64,000 nucleotides of DNA from Geosiphon pyriformis uo1 (GCA_016748015.1 JAAOMT010000671.1:125665-189664); one strand, 5' to 3'; numbered from the stretch's first letter, positions 52,401 through 64,000 are shown. The notes: a model not told the origin generated them from the letters alone. Numbers and translations: made by a program.

Positions 52401-55400
52401 ATGAGACAAGACCTGCTTTTCAACAAGTGTACCGTGATTGTTACCGGGGCTGGTGGTGGTAAGTAAGCTACACTAGCTCAAGGAGTTGTACCTTGAGTTA
52501 TTGAACCTTAGTTAATTACTCAGTGAAACGAAAGGTGAAACCTATCTTTTTTGCCGTTAATCGTTTGACTTTACTCTTTTATCAAACAACAACCTTTCCA
52601 AGGCCTGGGACGTGCTTATGCCCTGGCCTTCGCGGCTCGTGGTGCCAACGTTGTTGTTAATGATCTGGGTGTTTCTCGCTCTGGTGATGGGTCTTCTACA
52701 AACGCCGCTGATAAAGTAGTTGATGAAATCAATAAGTCTGGCGGTAAAGCTGTCGCTAACTATAATTCGGTCGAGGATGGTGATAAAATCGTCGAGACTG
52801 CCATTAAAGCCTTTGGTGGTGTCGATATTTTAATTAATAACGCAGGGTAATTTTTAATAATCAAAATATATAACTGGTAGTGGCATTTTATTTATCGCTT
52901 TATACCATTCTAGCATCCTTCGTGATAATACATTCGCAAAAATGACGGATAAAGATTGGGATCTGGTACAGGCAGTTCACGTCCGTGGCACTTACAAAGT
53001 TACAAAGGCTGCATGGGATATATTCAAAAAGCAAAAATATGGTAGAATTGTTAATCTTGCATCAGCCGCTGGTATTTACGGGAATTTTGGGCAAGCTAAT
53101 TACAGTTCAGGTACTTAAAACTTGGCCTATTGTATATGCAGTGTAGTGCATTGTACCAAATTTTTAATTGCTGAAACAATCTTAGAAGGTATTCTAATTA
53201 ACCTTTATCCAAAATACCAATTTGACAGCTAAACTTGGTTTAGTTGCCCTCACAAAAACACTCGCAAAAGAAGGGGCCACATCTAATATTCATGTCAATG
53301 TAATTGCACCCATCGCCGCCTCTCGTATGACAGAGGCCGTAATGCCAAAAGATCTTTTAGAGGCTTTTAAGCCTGAATTTGTTGTTCCTCTAGTTCTCTA
53401 TCTTTGCCATAATACAACAGGAGAAAATGGCAGTCTTTTTGAAGTGGGGGCAGGCTTTGTCGCTAAACTTCGATGGGAGCGCTCAAAAGGAGCTGTTTTT
53501 AAGGTTGATGAAACCTTCTTGCCAGGTTCTGTTGGGGCAAAATGGAGAGAAATAACAGATTTTTCCTATCCTGATTACCCTAATGCTCCGTCCGAAACAG
53601 ATTTTACTGCTTTACTCGAACAAGCGAAGAGTTTGTCCTCGAACCCGAAGGGAGAAAATATCAATTTTAATGGGAAATCTGTGATAGTTACTGGTGCAGG
53701 TGGGGGTCTTGGTAGAGAGTATGCTCGCCTTTTTGCTAAATTGGGGGCCTCATTGGTTATTAATGATGTTGGAAAGCGTGACAATATCAGCGCCGCAGAT
53801 GTAGTTGTAGAAGAGATCCGAAAAGCAGGCGGTAAAGCTGTTGCCAATTATGATTCAGTTGAAGATGGGGATAGAGTGGTTGAAACAGCAATTAAAGCGT
53901 TTGGGCACATTGATATAATTGTCAATAATGCGGGTATATTAAGAGATAAATCATTTGTCAAAATGAGCGATCAAGACTGGGATTTAGTTCAAAAAGTTCA
54001 TTTACGAGGAACATATAAAGTCACAAAAGCCGCTTGGCCATACTTTTTAAAACAAAAATATGGTCGTATAATTAATACAGCTTCCTCAGTTGGTTTATAT
54101 GGCAATTTTGGACAAGCCAACTATAGCACAGCAAAGCTTGGCATTTTGGGTCTCAGCAATACTCTTGCGATTGAAGGCCGCAAGAACAATATACTGGTGA
54201 ATACTATTGCCCCTAATGCCGGAACCGCGATGACCGCTACAATTTGGCCCCCAGAGATGGTTGAGGCTTTTAAACCAGAATACGTAGCCCCATTGGTTGC
54301 CTTCTTAGCATCTGAAAATCTCCCTTCAAATGGTAATGTTTTTGAAGTTGGCGGAGGATGGGCAGCTCAAGTTCGTTGGCAGCGTTCAGGTGGTGTTAAT
54401 TTTCCCATTTCCGATCTTACCCCTGAATTAATTGCTAATAATTGGCAACAAATCACAAATTTTGAGGATGGTCGGGCTACTTACCCAACCACGATTCAAG
54501 AATCTCTACAGCAGATTTATGAAAATTTCATCAAGGCTCAAGCTTCTCAGCCTAAAGGAGTCGGCAAGAAAATCGATGTAGAAGCTGCCAAGCATATCAA
54601 ATATTCCTCTAAAGAATTTATATACACCGAAAAGGATGTAATACTTTACGCGTTAAGCCTAGGAGCTACACGTCAGGATTTGCAATGGGTTTATGAAAAT
54701 AGTGATAACTTTTCTGTATTGCCAACTTTTGGAGTTATCCCAGCCTTATTGGCCTTACCTAATGACAAACTCAATGAGTTAGTGGGGGATTTTAATCCTG
54801 TAAGGCTCTTTATTCCACGTTGATGTTTCGATTAGTTTTGCACTTCAAAATTTTAAAATCAATCAATACTATTCGGCTTATTAGATGATGCTTCTCCATG
54901 GTGAACAATACCTAGAAGTTAAAAAGCCTATACCCACTTCCGGGAAACTGACATCTACTCCTCATTTGGTGGATATCCTGGACAAGGGTAAAGGTGTATC
55001 CGTTATACTTGGTATTACCACGAAAGATGAAAAGGGCGATGTGGTATTTGAGAACGAATTTACCTTATTCATTCGCGGAATTGGAGGATTTGGCGGCAGA
55101 AAGGATCGTATAGATGCAGGGGCCGCGTCTGCTCCAAACAATCCTCCGACAAGGACTCCTGACGCAATTGTAAAAGAGAAGACAAGCGAAAATCAGGCAT
55201 CAATTTATCGTTTAAATGGAGATCTTAATCCATTACATATCGACCCCCAAATGTCTGCATTGGGTGGTTTTAAAGTGCCAATTCTTCATGGACTATGCTC
55301 TTTTGGAATATCTGCCAAACATGTTTTGTCCACTTATGGTAATAAAGACTCGAATGCTTTCAAGAATATAAAGGCTAGATTTGTTCTTCCTGTGTATCCT

Positions 55401-56206
55401 GGTGAAACACTCGAAACTCAAATGTGGAAGGTAAAAATATCTCCGATTTAGGTACACCCTTATGTTGAAATTTACTTTGCTTATCAAAGCATGAATCTCC
55501 CTTGGTCCCATCAAGGAAGGTAATAAGATCATCTTTCAAACCCGGGTTGTGGAAAGGGATGTCATTGCTATCGCTGCTGCTGCAGTTGAATTAAAAGGAT
55601 CGGGTAGTGCTGAGTCATCTAAAGACTCCTCCCAAAGCGGAGCTAAGACGGCGCCTGGTTCTCAGATTGCTGCTGATGGCTTTGGTGCTTCAGCAGTGTT
55701 TGAACAAGTCAAAGCAAGATTGGAGGCCTCTTCCTTAGCTGAACGTAAAAATCAAGTAAAGAAAGTAAGAAAAATTCAAAAATCTAAAACAAATTTTTTT
55801 ACAAAGATCCTGAAAAAACACTTCTTCATTCATTACTACGGATAAAGGTAAAAGGTTCTTTCCAGTTAGATATTACTAATGCTGAGGGAAAGAAACAATC
55901 CTGGTACATAGATCTCAAAAGTGGAGAGGGTGCGGTAGGCCTTGGTTCCTCACCAAAGAAAGCCGACGCAATAATCTCTATTAGTGATTCTGATTTTCTT
56001 GGATTGGCAACTGGAAAGCTTCAGGCCCAGAAACTGTTCCTTAAAGGGCAATTAAAGGTAATTTTAAACTTGTATTTAATTATCCTGCACTCTGGAAATG
56101 ATTTTAAGAATAATGTTCCTCGCAATTCCTATAGGTAAAAGGGAATGTTATGCTTGCTACCAAGCTTGGAGAAGTTCTTTCACCTAATGCTAAAGCGAAA
56201 TTGTGA
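52401..56206 (+). CDS. FOX2: Peroxisomal multifunctional beta-oxidation enzyme type 2 (two (3R)-hydroxyacyl-CoA dehydrogenase domains, enoyl-CoA hydratase 2, SCP2), ~1048 aa. Exons 52401-52458, 52603-52846, 52914-53110, 53229-54799, 54885-55430, 55516-55764, 55848-56057, 56135-56206
   Basis: Two [16 protein letters not shown]/YxxxK SDR repeats, hydratase-2 motif [21 protein letters not shown]2-like tail, PTS1 AKL*. Seven GT-AG introns join to 3147 nt in frame. Confidence 0.96.
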
Positions 56207-57237
56207 GCCGACAGCATCCAATCCTCTTGGAGCTATACCAGCAAAACTATCTCAACTGAATAAAAGATACCTATTTGGTGCAACTACTCTTTTCCTTTGG
56301 CTCGCATCAACATAATAATATTGATTCATGTATCCCTTTCGTCAATAATTTACTCTGTTGATTTTCCATTTTGATCCTTGGGAAAATTATTTATGTATTT
56401 ACTTATCTGTCAATGCTCGACAAATTTTTCTATTGAGGTAAAAATTTATTGGAAAATAAACCTTGAATGTTGTCATACCGCATGTGGGTTTCAATGTCCC
56501 GCAACTTTTCTTGAGAAAGAGAACTAAAAGGAGCCAAAGGCGCTTTACGCTTAAAAACTTCAAGATTTGGATCAATTGATGAATTTCTGAATTCCTCAAC
56601 GCATCAACTTTTTGGAGGGTTTAAAAAACTTCAACCAATTAAAAAGCTGTAATTCAAGTTGTTTTTTGGCAATTTGTCTATGTTCGCAGCCAGTTTAAGC
56701 ATTCAGTTTTGCGTATTGCGTATATTAAGGAAGTACCAGAAATCAGATTTCTTGAATATTTGAAATTGTTAAGCTTAATAAAATATTAATTATTAAATTT
56801 AAAAGTTTAAATTGACATCAAATGTTTGTTTATGTGTAAATGTGAAATTAATGAATTATTTTTTTCATTTGATATTTTTCTGTTTTTTTATTTTAAATAA
56901 AATTTTGAATAATTAAAATTGAATTTAAAGTTGAAAATATTTTCAAACCTATAATAATTTTTGTAAAAAAATTCAGTTTAAACTTAAATAACTTGAAACC
57001 AATATTAAAATACATAAACAAATCAATAAAAACTATTAAAAATTCAAAGTTTGTAATATAAATAAAAAAATTTAAAATAAGTTTAGTAATTTAATTTTGG
57101 CTAATGTTTTGAATATAATATAAAAACACTATAATTTGTTTGTATTAAACTTACTATTAGATTTATTAAATATTTATTTATTAAAAAAATTGGTTTATAA
57201 TACTTAAAAACAAATTTAAATATTAATAATTTCAAAA

Positions 57238-59756
57238 TTTTTTTTTTTTTATTACGAGTTTTACGAGTGAAGTCCAATTGCTATCTAGTACATAGAACCA
57301 ATCTAAGTAGAACAAACTAAATACAGCTTACACACTTACTATATATGGCCAGCCACTTGGTCAAATAAAGCAATACTACACATCTATGCTAACAAATACA
57401 TCACCATCTAAACTAGAAAAAAAATAACACAATTTACATCTACTAAACCTAACAGCAAAAGATTCCATAACACCAAACATATAAACAACTCCAATTGACA
57501 ACATAGATACCATACAGTGAAACAAGTCTGAAATCATATTATTATCTCCAATTAAGCCAGTCTTTTCCATATTTACTCTATGCTTGGCCCTGACAATCCA
57601 CACTCTAGTGTAATGCAATTCTATCACAAATCTAATATATTCTACAAGAACCAGAGCAGCTTTTTCTTTCTTCTCAAAAACTAAAACAGCTTCAGCATAC
57701 CAATTCCTTAATACAAAACCCTTGCAAATAGCTGTGTATAAATTCACATCTAAAGAACACATTAAAAGTGAGTGTAAAATAACAAAAATAGATAAGCATG
57801 AAAAATCAGACAACAATACTTATTTCTTAATAGCTTCAACCAAAATGTTTTTATGGAGACCAGAGTTATCAGAACAAGTAAAAACGTAATCAGATAACTC
57901 TACCTTGTCACACAGCAAGCACAACACTCTAAAATAATCTTTGTTATATAACTTCTTCCTAACTGCAATCAGTAGCTGTCTATAAACAGTCTTTATTAAA
58001 TATGTGCACAAATTGGCTAACTTTTTACTAGTAAATTCAGAAAGTATATGTGAATTAGGATGTCAAATCTTCATAGTAGTCTTCTAATTTATATTTTTAA
58101 TTATAGCACCAGAAATTATATTATAACCAAGACCAGTCTCCCAATAAGTACAGCAAATTGATCAGTGCAAATTATGAACAAAATAACAAGTATTGCCAGA
58201 TACAACAGTACTTTCAGCAACCAAAAACCTCTCTCAAATTTTGACCAGCAAAGAAAAAAATGAAGAAGTAGCTTTACTAGCCAATATATTAGCTTTAATA
58301 TTGTCTGGCACATCTAAATATTCCTTAACTTTTACCCACTTAATTAAAATATCTTTATCCTTAAAGAGATTGACTATTTGCAATCTTTTAATTTAATATT
58401 GGCTATGGAAATCAGACACAGTAGAAGAAGTCTTAGATATATAGGCATTAATTGCAGATTGGCTGTCCAATTAGAAAACCACAGAACATGAAAATAAAAT
58501 GCACTCCAAAGTCAAAGCTATAGCTTGTAATTAAGTTAAAGTGAAAGACAAAAGCCTAATTATCCTAATCCCAATATTTGCATTTGTAGCTAAAAAGTAA
58601 GCAGCTGTCTTACCTGCCACTTCAACAGAACCAGCATTTTTTAAGGACCCATCTGTATAGATCTCAATATAATCAGACCACACTCCCAGTAAACTATTAC
58701 AAATATTAGAGAACTTATCAGAATTCAAAATATTCAGCATCTCTTTTCCATAAACAGCAGTAGTCCCAACTCCCAAAGAAACAGATTTGTGCATAAACTC
58801 AAATGCCAATAAGAATCAGGCCTCTTGAATTTAATCACTTCTAACACCAAAATGTTTTCTAGTCTATCACATTCTCTTTTTTGTCTAGAAGTCTATTATT
58901 AAATGCAATATCAAATTGTTTTAACAAAAGAACAGATTTGTAATACAAAAATTGGCCCAAGATATTAGACATCAAAAAATTACCAAATTCACAAAAGACA
59001 CTAAACAGGTTGTTTGCCAATAACAACTTATTTTCCAAAAAAATTTTTACCACCCCAGCCAAAAAATTGTTTACAAAATTGACATGCAACTTAACAGGAA
59101 ATTGTAAAAGATTCAGAGAGGACTACTTCAAAACTTGCAAATTCAAAAATTTATGATCAAAAAAGCATCCAAGAATGCTATGGCCATTGGAAAATGAAAT
59201 TAGTAAAGTCAGCTTTCCTTAGCCTGTACTTGCTCAAAAGATTTCAAACCATACAAAGATGAATAGTGCAAAACCTTACTGGAAAAATCACATAGCAAAC
59301 TAGTCTTGGCTTTAAAACTCTTCTTAATTATAACATCTTACTTATAACACACATCCAAAGAAACAAAACTAAACTGTGTATAAAAACTAATTATGAACTG
59401 CAAAACTGCTGAAACCAAGTAACAAAATTGTTTATCTGTAATAGTTTTTTTTAATACTATATTAGAAAAAAACCTGACATTTATATGAACTTAAGCCAAA
59501 CTGGATTTAAAAAGATCCTCAGTTAATAAAAAAATATCCAAATATCAATGTAATTCACTCCTTTTAGCAATTGAAATCAGCAAATTATTGATTATTAGCA
59601 AAGCAGCCTTAACACCTTGATTAATAAAAATAGCCATTGTCTTATTATTATTAATCAAAATATTATTAATCTCAAAAAACTCACTTGCAATATTCAAAAT
59701 ATACTGCATAAAAGCTTAATAATTTCCAATCCAGATTGTATTATTAACAAAGGCAT
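57238..59756 (-). mobile_element. 3' half of a decayed RNase H-containing LINE with poly(A) tail
   Basis: AFVNNTIWIG (decayed AFVDD) at ~59725-59754, IYTDGSLKNAG RNase H (58531-58809), CLLC...VFTC knuckle (57820-58011), poly(A) at 57238-57250. Confidence 0.8.
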
Positions 59757-59969
59757 TGTTACGGGATGGTTTTCTTGTTATATTTAATTGCTGATATCCC
59801 GCTTTAATTGCAATCAGTCTTTCGTGAGTTCCTCAATTCTATTTGTGTGATAAGGTCACTTGTTACACTGAAGGCTTTCTTTTTACTGTTGCGATATAAG
59901 TTATTCTTTAATTCTTGATTGTTGTGTGTGTTTATGTACTCCTTCTCAGAGGCTGAACTGAAATCTACC

Positions 59970-60120
59970 NNNNNNNNNNNNNNNNNNNNNNNNNNNNNNN
60001 NNNNNNNNNNNNNNNNNNNNNNNNNNNNNNNNNNNNNNNNNNNNNNNNNNNNNNNNNNNNNNNNNNNNNNNNNNNNNNNNNNNNNNNNNNNNNNNNNNNN
60101 NNNNNNNNNNNNNNNNNNNN
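59970..60120. other. Assembly gap (N run)
   Basis: Run of n. Confidence 0.99.
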
Positions 60121-60244
60121 GATTCTTTTTGCTAAATTCTTAAACCGTAACATTATCCCCTCCTTTCAAGATTGAGCTCCGTCGAAATCGAAGTTAATTT
60201 CTTCATTAAATTCTAAATTACTATAGTGGTTCAATACTGTGTTA

Positions 60245-61770
60245 TTAATTTGTTGAAGTGAGTTCACAGTAGAGGGCGATTTCTGGGAAATTTAGAATTT
60301 CTTGTGGTGTTGACGCGTTTTCTAGCTCCGTTCCGAGGTATCCAATGATGGTATCTTCCGGAATGTAGACGGGTTCTTCTGTGGTGTTTGCGATAGGAAT
60401 TTTTATCCATTGAGCTTTATCAGCTGGAATAAAAAGGTTAGTAAGTCCTATGAGAAACTGTTGGCAAGTTTCTGGGTAGGGCTCAAATATTAGGTCTTTT
60501 TCTTTAATTGTCCTTTTTATTCTTATTTCTGATTTTCCATATGGTAGGAGCGTGATAGACCGCTCATTTTTAATTACTTCGCCTTTTTCCTCTATTGTTT
60601 CAGCGAAATTCGCTTCAATTCCTTTTCCTGTCGATCCGAAACCAAAAGTTCCTCTCGTTGTTTGTGACAATTCCTCACGATTTTCCACTGGCACGAATTT
60701 CCCAATTTTTACCAATGGTAGGAAAATTGCTTGTGCAATCTTTTCCTTAGATTCAATGGTATAAGGCTTTTCTGAATTGTTCTGTAGCAAAACCATCAAA
60801 TTTCCGGTGTATCTGGAGTCAATTACTCCTCCTTGAACGCTTATTCCTTTTTTCGCGAGGCTTGATCGCGACGCCATTTGAACCATTATTCCTGGCGGAA
60901 TTTCAACCGCTAATTTTAGGTCGATTTTGGTGATGCTCCTGGGTGGTAACGTTGTGGATTGGTCTTCCGGATAACGTAGATCGAATCCGGCGTTGGTTGG
61001 ATGGGCTCTTTCGGGTATTATTCCTAAGTGCCCGTTGTCGAAGTATCGGATGTCAGTCACCTGTTCTAGGTCGGTATAGGCTACAAATTTTTCTGACTCG
61101 GGACCGTCAGGTGAGTCTTGTTGATTTATTGATTGATTTTGAGACTGCTGATTCTCAATTTCCATTTTTCTTTCTAAGTCCCTTTCGTCTTGACACTCTT
61201 CACAGCACTGACTTTGACACGAGATGAGACAGTTTTCGCAGAGGTAAGTGTTGATTTGGGCGAGGTATTGTTCTTGCTCTTGTCGAGTGGGGCATAGTTG
61301 TTGGTAGTAGTCCTGGAATTCGTCCACTGGGTCGAACATGTTGTAGCTGGTGACTTCGTCGGCTACTTCGGCTGACTCTTTCCAACGTCGTATTTCTTCG
61401 GCGGTTCCTCCTCTTACTTTGGCTTGTGCGGTGTTGTACAACTCGTCCTCGTCGTGTGGGTAGTGCTGTAGTCTTTTTAATGCTCTGTTGAACGCTGCTT
61501 CGAACGGCGTTCCTCCTCTTACCCAGTCACAGATGAGGATCGTGTATTGGCAAGTTGCGTCACACGTTCCTCCTCTGCCTGGTAAGTCGTTCCAGTCGCA
61601 CCCTCTTGGTAACGGTTCTCCACAAGCGAGGCACGGTTCCTCGTCCCATTTTCCGTGTCTTTCTGGGTAACCGTATTTTTCTTTGTTACAACGGTTACAA
61701 TAGTAGTGGGTGGGGTTTCTTGGGTCTTCGTCCGGTGCGCTGCACGCAGTCATAGACGAGAGTTTCTTCT
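60245..61770 (-). CDS. H polyprotein, C-terminal part: Cys-rich domain, dUTPase and degenerate second domain
   Basis: Open 502-aa frame with dUTPase motifs AGFDL, SRSSLA, GGVIDSRYTG, KIAQ, RGTFGFGSTG; preceded in frame by KKLSS as in D. Confidence 0.88.
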
Positions 61771-62182
61771 NNNNNNNNNNNNNNNNNNNNNNNNNNNNNN
61801 NNNNNNNNNNNNNNNNNNNNNNNNNNNNNNNNNNNNNNNNNNNNNNNNNNNNNNNNNNNNNNNNNNNNNNNNNNNNNNNNNNNNNNNNNNNNNNNNNNNN
61901 NNNNNNNNNNNNNNNNNNNNNNNNNNNNNNNNNNNNNNNNNNNNNNNNNNNNNNNNNNNNNNNNNNNNNNNNNNNNNNNNNNNNNNNNNNNNNNNNNNNN
62001 NNNNNNNNNNNNNNNNNNNNNNNNNNNNNNNNNNNNNNNNNNNNNNNNNNNNNNNNNNNNNNNNNNNNNNNNNNNNNNNNNNNNNNNNNNNNNNNNNNNN
62101 NNNNNNNNNNNNNNNNNNNNNNNNNNNNNNNNNNNNNNNNNNNNNNNNNNNNNNNNNNNNNNNNNNNNNNNNNNNNNNNNNN
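61771..62182. other. Assembly gap (N run)
   Basis: Run of n. Confidence 0.99.
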
Positions 62183-64000
62183 TCATTTCCTAGTAACGCT
62201 TGATATTGTGTAGCGTCCATTACTAATACTTTTGTAGGTATTACTATGCCGTTAATTTCGAAAGGAAATGAGTCGATTTCGCCATAAGGCAGCTTTGTAC
62301 TTCCATCGGCTGTTATGATTTGGGACGTCGCGGCACGATCAACTTTGAAACCCAGTTGGTTTACTAGTTGAAGTGTTACGATGCTTCCAGCGGATCCGCT
62401 GTCTAAGATAAGTTTGATTGGGGTATTGTTTACAGTGGCTTCCGTATACATAGCAGTGATTGGGCGTTTTTCGTCCAATGCTGCTCCACTGAACATAGCC
62501 TCGTTTTCCTCTAATTCAAAAGGAAAAATAGCTGCGAGGCTGCTATCTTTGGTGACAACTGCTGGTGGTATTGTCTGGCTCAATTTGGAGGAATTCTTGG
62601 TTCTGTTTATGTTTTTACCGTCATTGTTTCCGATGATCAGGTTTTCTGGTATATTAAGGTAAGTTTGTTGATAATTTTGGTAGTTTGGATTGGTTTGCTG
62701 ATTGGTTCCGGCGCGGTTTGGATTTCTCTGGACCAACGCGTTTTGGTTCCACATGGGCTGATTTCGGGCCTCGGGACGCCAATTCGGGTTGGCTATCATG
62801 GGCTGTTGCTGGTAAGCTCCTTGATTTTGATATGTGGTGGGATATTGGCGTGGTATTGGCGTGTACTGGTTTCTGGGCATTTGGGGTGGCGTGTAGTAAT
62901 TATTTTCGCGTGCTTCCTGCATCATTCGCGTTCGACATTGACTAATCAAATGTCCTACGCATTTGCAAAAATGGCAGGCGCGTGTTTCTGTTCTGAATTC
63001 CTGGCACGACGAGCGATTATTTCGACTGTCGCTGACTTCCTGGCTGCGTCTTTGGGGTGGTTGGTATGTATTTTTTCTCAGATCCGGGATGAGGTAACTT
63101 TCTATTTTCTTAGAGAGTTCCTCCCCTAATTGCGTTACTCTTTTTTCTAATGTTTCTGTCTTATTTTCCTCCATTACCATGTTAACCATTTGACTATGGT
63201 TAGCTTCTTTCTCAGCCGATTCAAGGGCTCTGGCGAGCGTAACGGCTTCTGGTAAGGAATTAGGGTGGGCAGGGCGTACTCTTCCTAAAATGCTGCTTTT
63301 TAATCCTCTAATAAACTGATTTAAAACCTGAGGATCAGTGTAGTATCCTTGTTCAATCGCTTCAATCTGACGGCGAATTTGATTGAATCGAGCAAGGTAT
63401 TGGGTGACAGTTTCACCGGTATTTTGCTTGATAGTATTGAATTCGTTCTGTAGTTGGATTACGGCGTTTGGGTCGCTAAAATACTCCAGGAGTGCATTTT
63501 TAAATTCGGCGAAGCTCGTGGGTTTTGTTTCCAGGCTTTGATACCACGAGTCGGCTGTGCCTTTCAGGAAGAAAGGTAATGTTTGAATTGCTCTTTGGTC
63601 GTTCCAGTTATTTGCCTGGATGGCTTTTTGTGCTTCTCTAAGCCATGTGTGCACGTCCGTTTCTTCTTCCTCTCCTGAGAAATCTGTTAGTCTTGCAATG
63701 TATGGTGTGGTCATTTCGTTGCCGTTTTCTGCTGGTGGGTTTATTGGTCTAAGAGGAGGTGGGATGATATTTCCTTGAGCATTCCTAAAGGTGGCTTCCC
63801 TTATATCCGGTTCTTCCTCTTGATCATGAGTTTCTTGGTTTCTGAACTGGCTGCTTGTTCCAGTGACTGGTCTTGTGATTGTTTTTTCGCTGGTCTCTTT
63901 TTCGGATTCTGATTCAGACTCCTCTTTACGGTTTTCAAACCCCGTTCTAAATTTTGGCTGAAAAAGAGGGTTTTGGAATAGTGATGAATATCCTCCTGTA
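62183..64000 (-). CDS. H polyprotein, N-terminal part: Gag (CA, CCHC) and aspartic protease
   Basis: MTTPYIARL capsid start (63714), CHFCKCVGHLISQC, LILDSGSAGS; the frame stays open upstream to the window edge. Confidence 0.9.

Larger units (their letters stand above)
59757..64000 (-). mobile_element. Young non-autonomous Gypsy element H (gag-PR-Cys-rich-dUTPase; RT/RNase H/IN absent); continues past window end
   Basis: 3' LTR 59757-60152 (TGTTACGG...CCGTAACA, with N gap), PPT 60153-60167, CpG-rich open ORFs. Confidence 0.9.

Noticed and set aside
56220-56750. CpG-retaining sequence after FOX2 as a possible second gene (ORF 56399-56599)
   Set aside because: No recognisable motif or splice structure; more likely 3' UTR or protected flank.
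46765-59756. Two LINE pieces, both broken at the AFVDD motif on either side of FOX2, as halves of one element
   Set aside because: For a minus-strand element the order is wrong, and each break coincides with a separate insertion (DDE transposon, element H). They are most likely two copies.
59919-62213. ORFs containing long X runs, and the apparent frameshift between the two H ORFs
   Set aside because: Artefacts of N gaps with estimated length; in D the protease and Cys-rich regions share one frame.

Overview
Eukaryotic, almost certainly fungal, DNA; the gene and transposon content suggest Glomeromycotina (arbuscular mycorrhizal or Geosiphon-like). About 90% of the window is transposon-derived. 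Bases 1-45109 are a deep nest of decayed Ty3/Gypsy LTR retrotransposons, labelled A-G plus LTR I, inserted into each other with 4-bp TSDs. The nest sits inside a decayed IS630/Tc1-type DDE transposon, which abuts a decayed LINE. One intact host gene is present: an 8-exon FOX2/MFE-2 (two SDR domains, hydratase-2, SCP2, C-terminal AKL PTS1; 52401-56206) on a small CpG-retaining island. It is followed by the 3' half of an RNase H-containing LINE, interrupted by a young, internally deleted LTR element (H). The main discovery is the shared, unusual architecture of these LTR elements. They have a Met-free N-terminal Gag extension that probably starts at GUG, then CA-NC-protease, a ~250-aa Cys-rich domain, a dUTPase plus a second degenerate beta-rich domain, and RT-RNase H ending in a stop codon. 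The integrase is a separate ATG-initiated ORF with a GIN1/Ginger1-like N-terminus, followed by a fast-evolving ~215-aa non-env ORF3. TSDs are centred on CpG or a pyrimidine-purine step, and a U5 anti-PBS hairpin folds over the primer-binding site. Coordinates were read by eye; internal domain boundaries are approximate.
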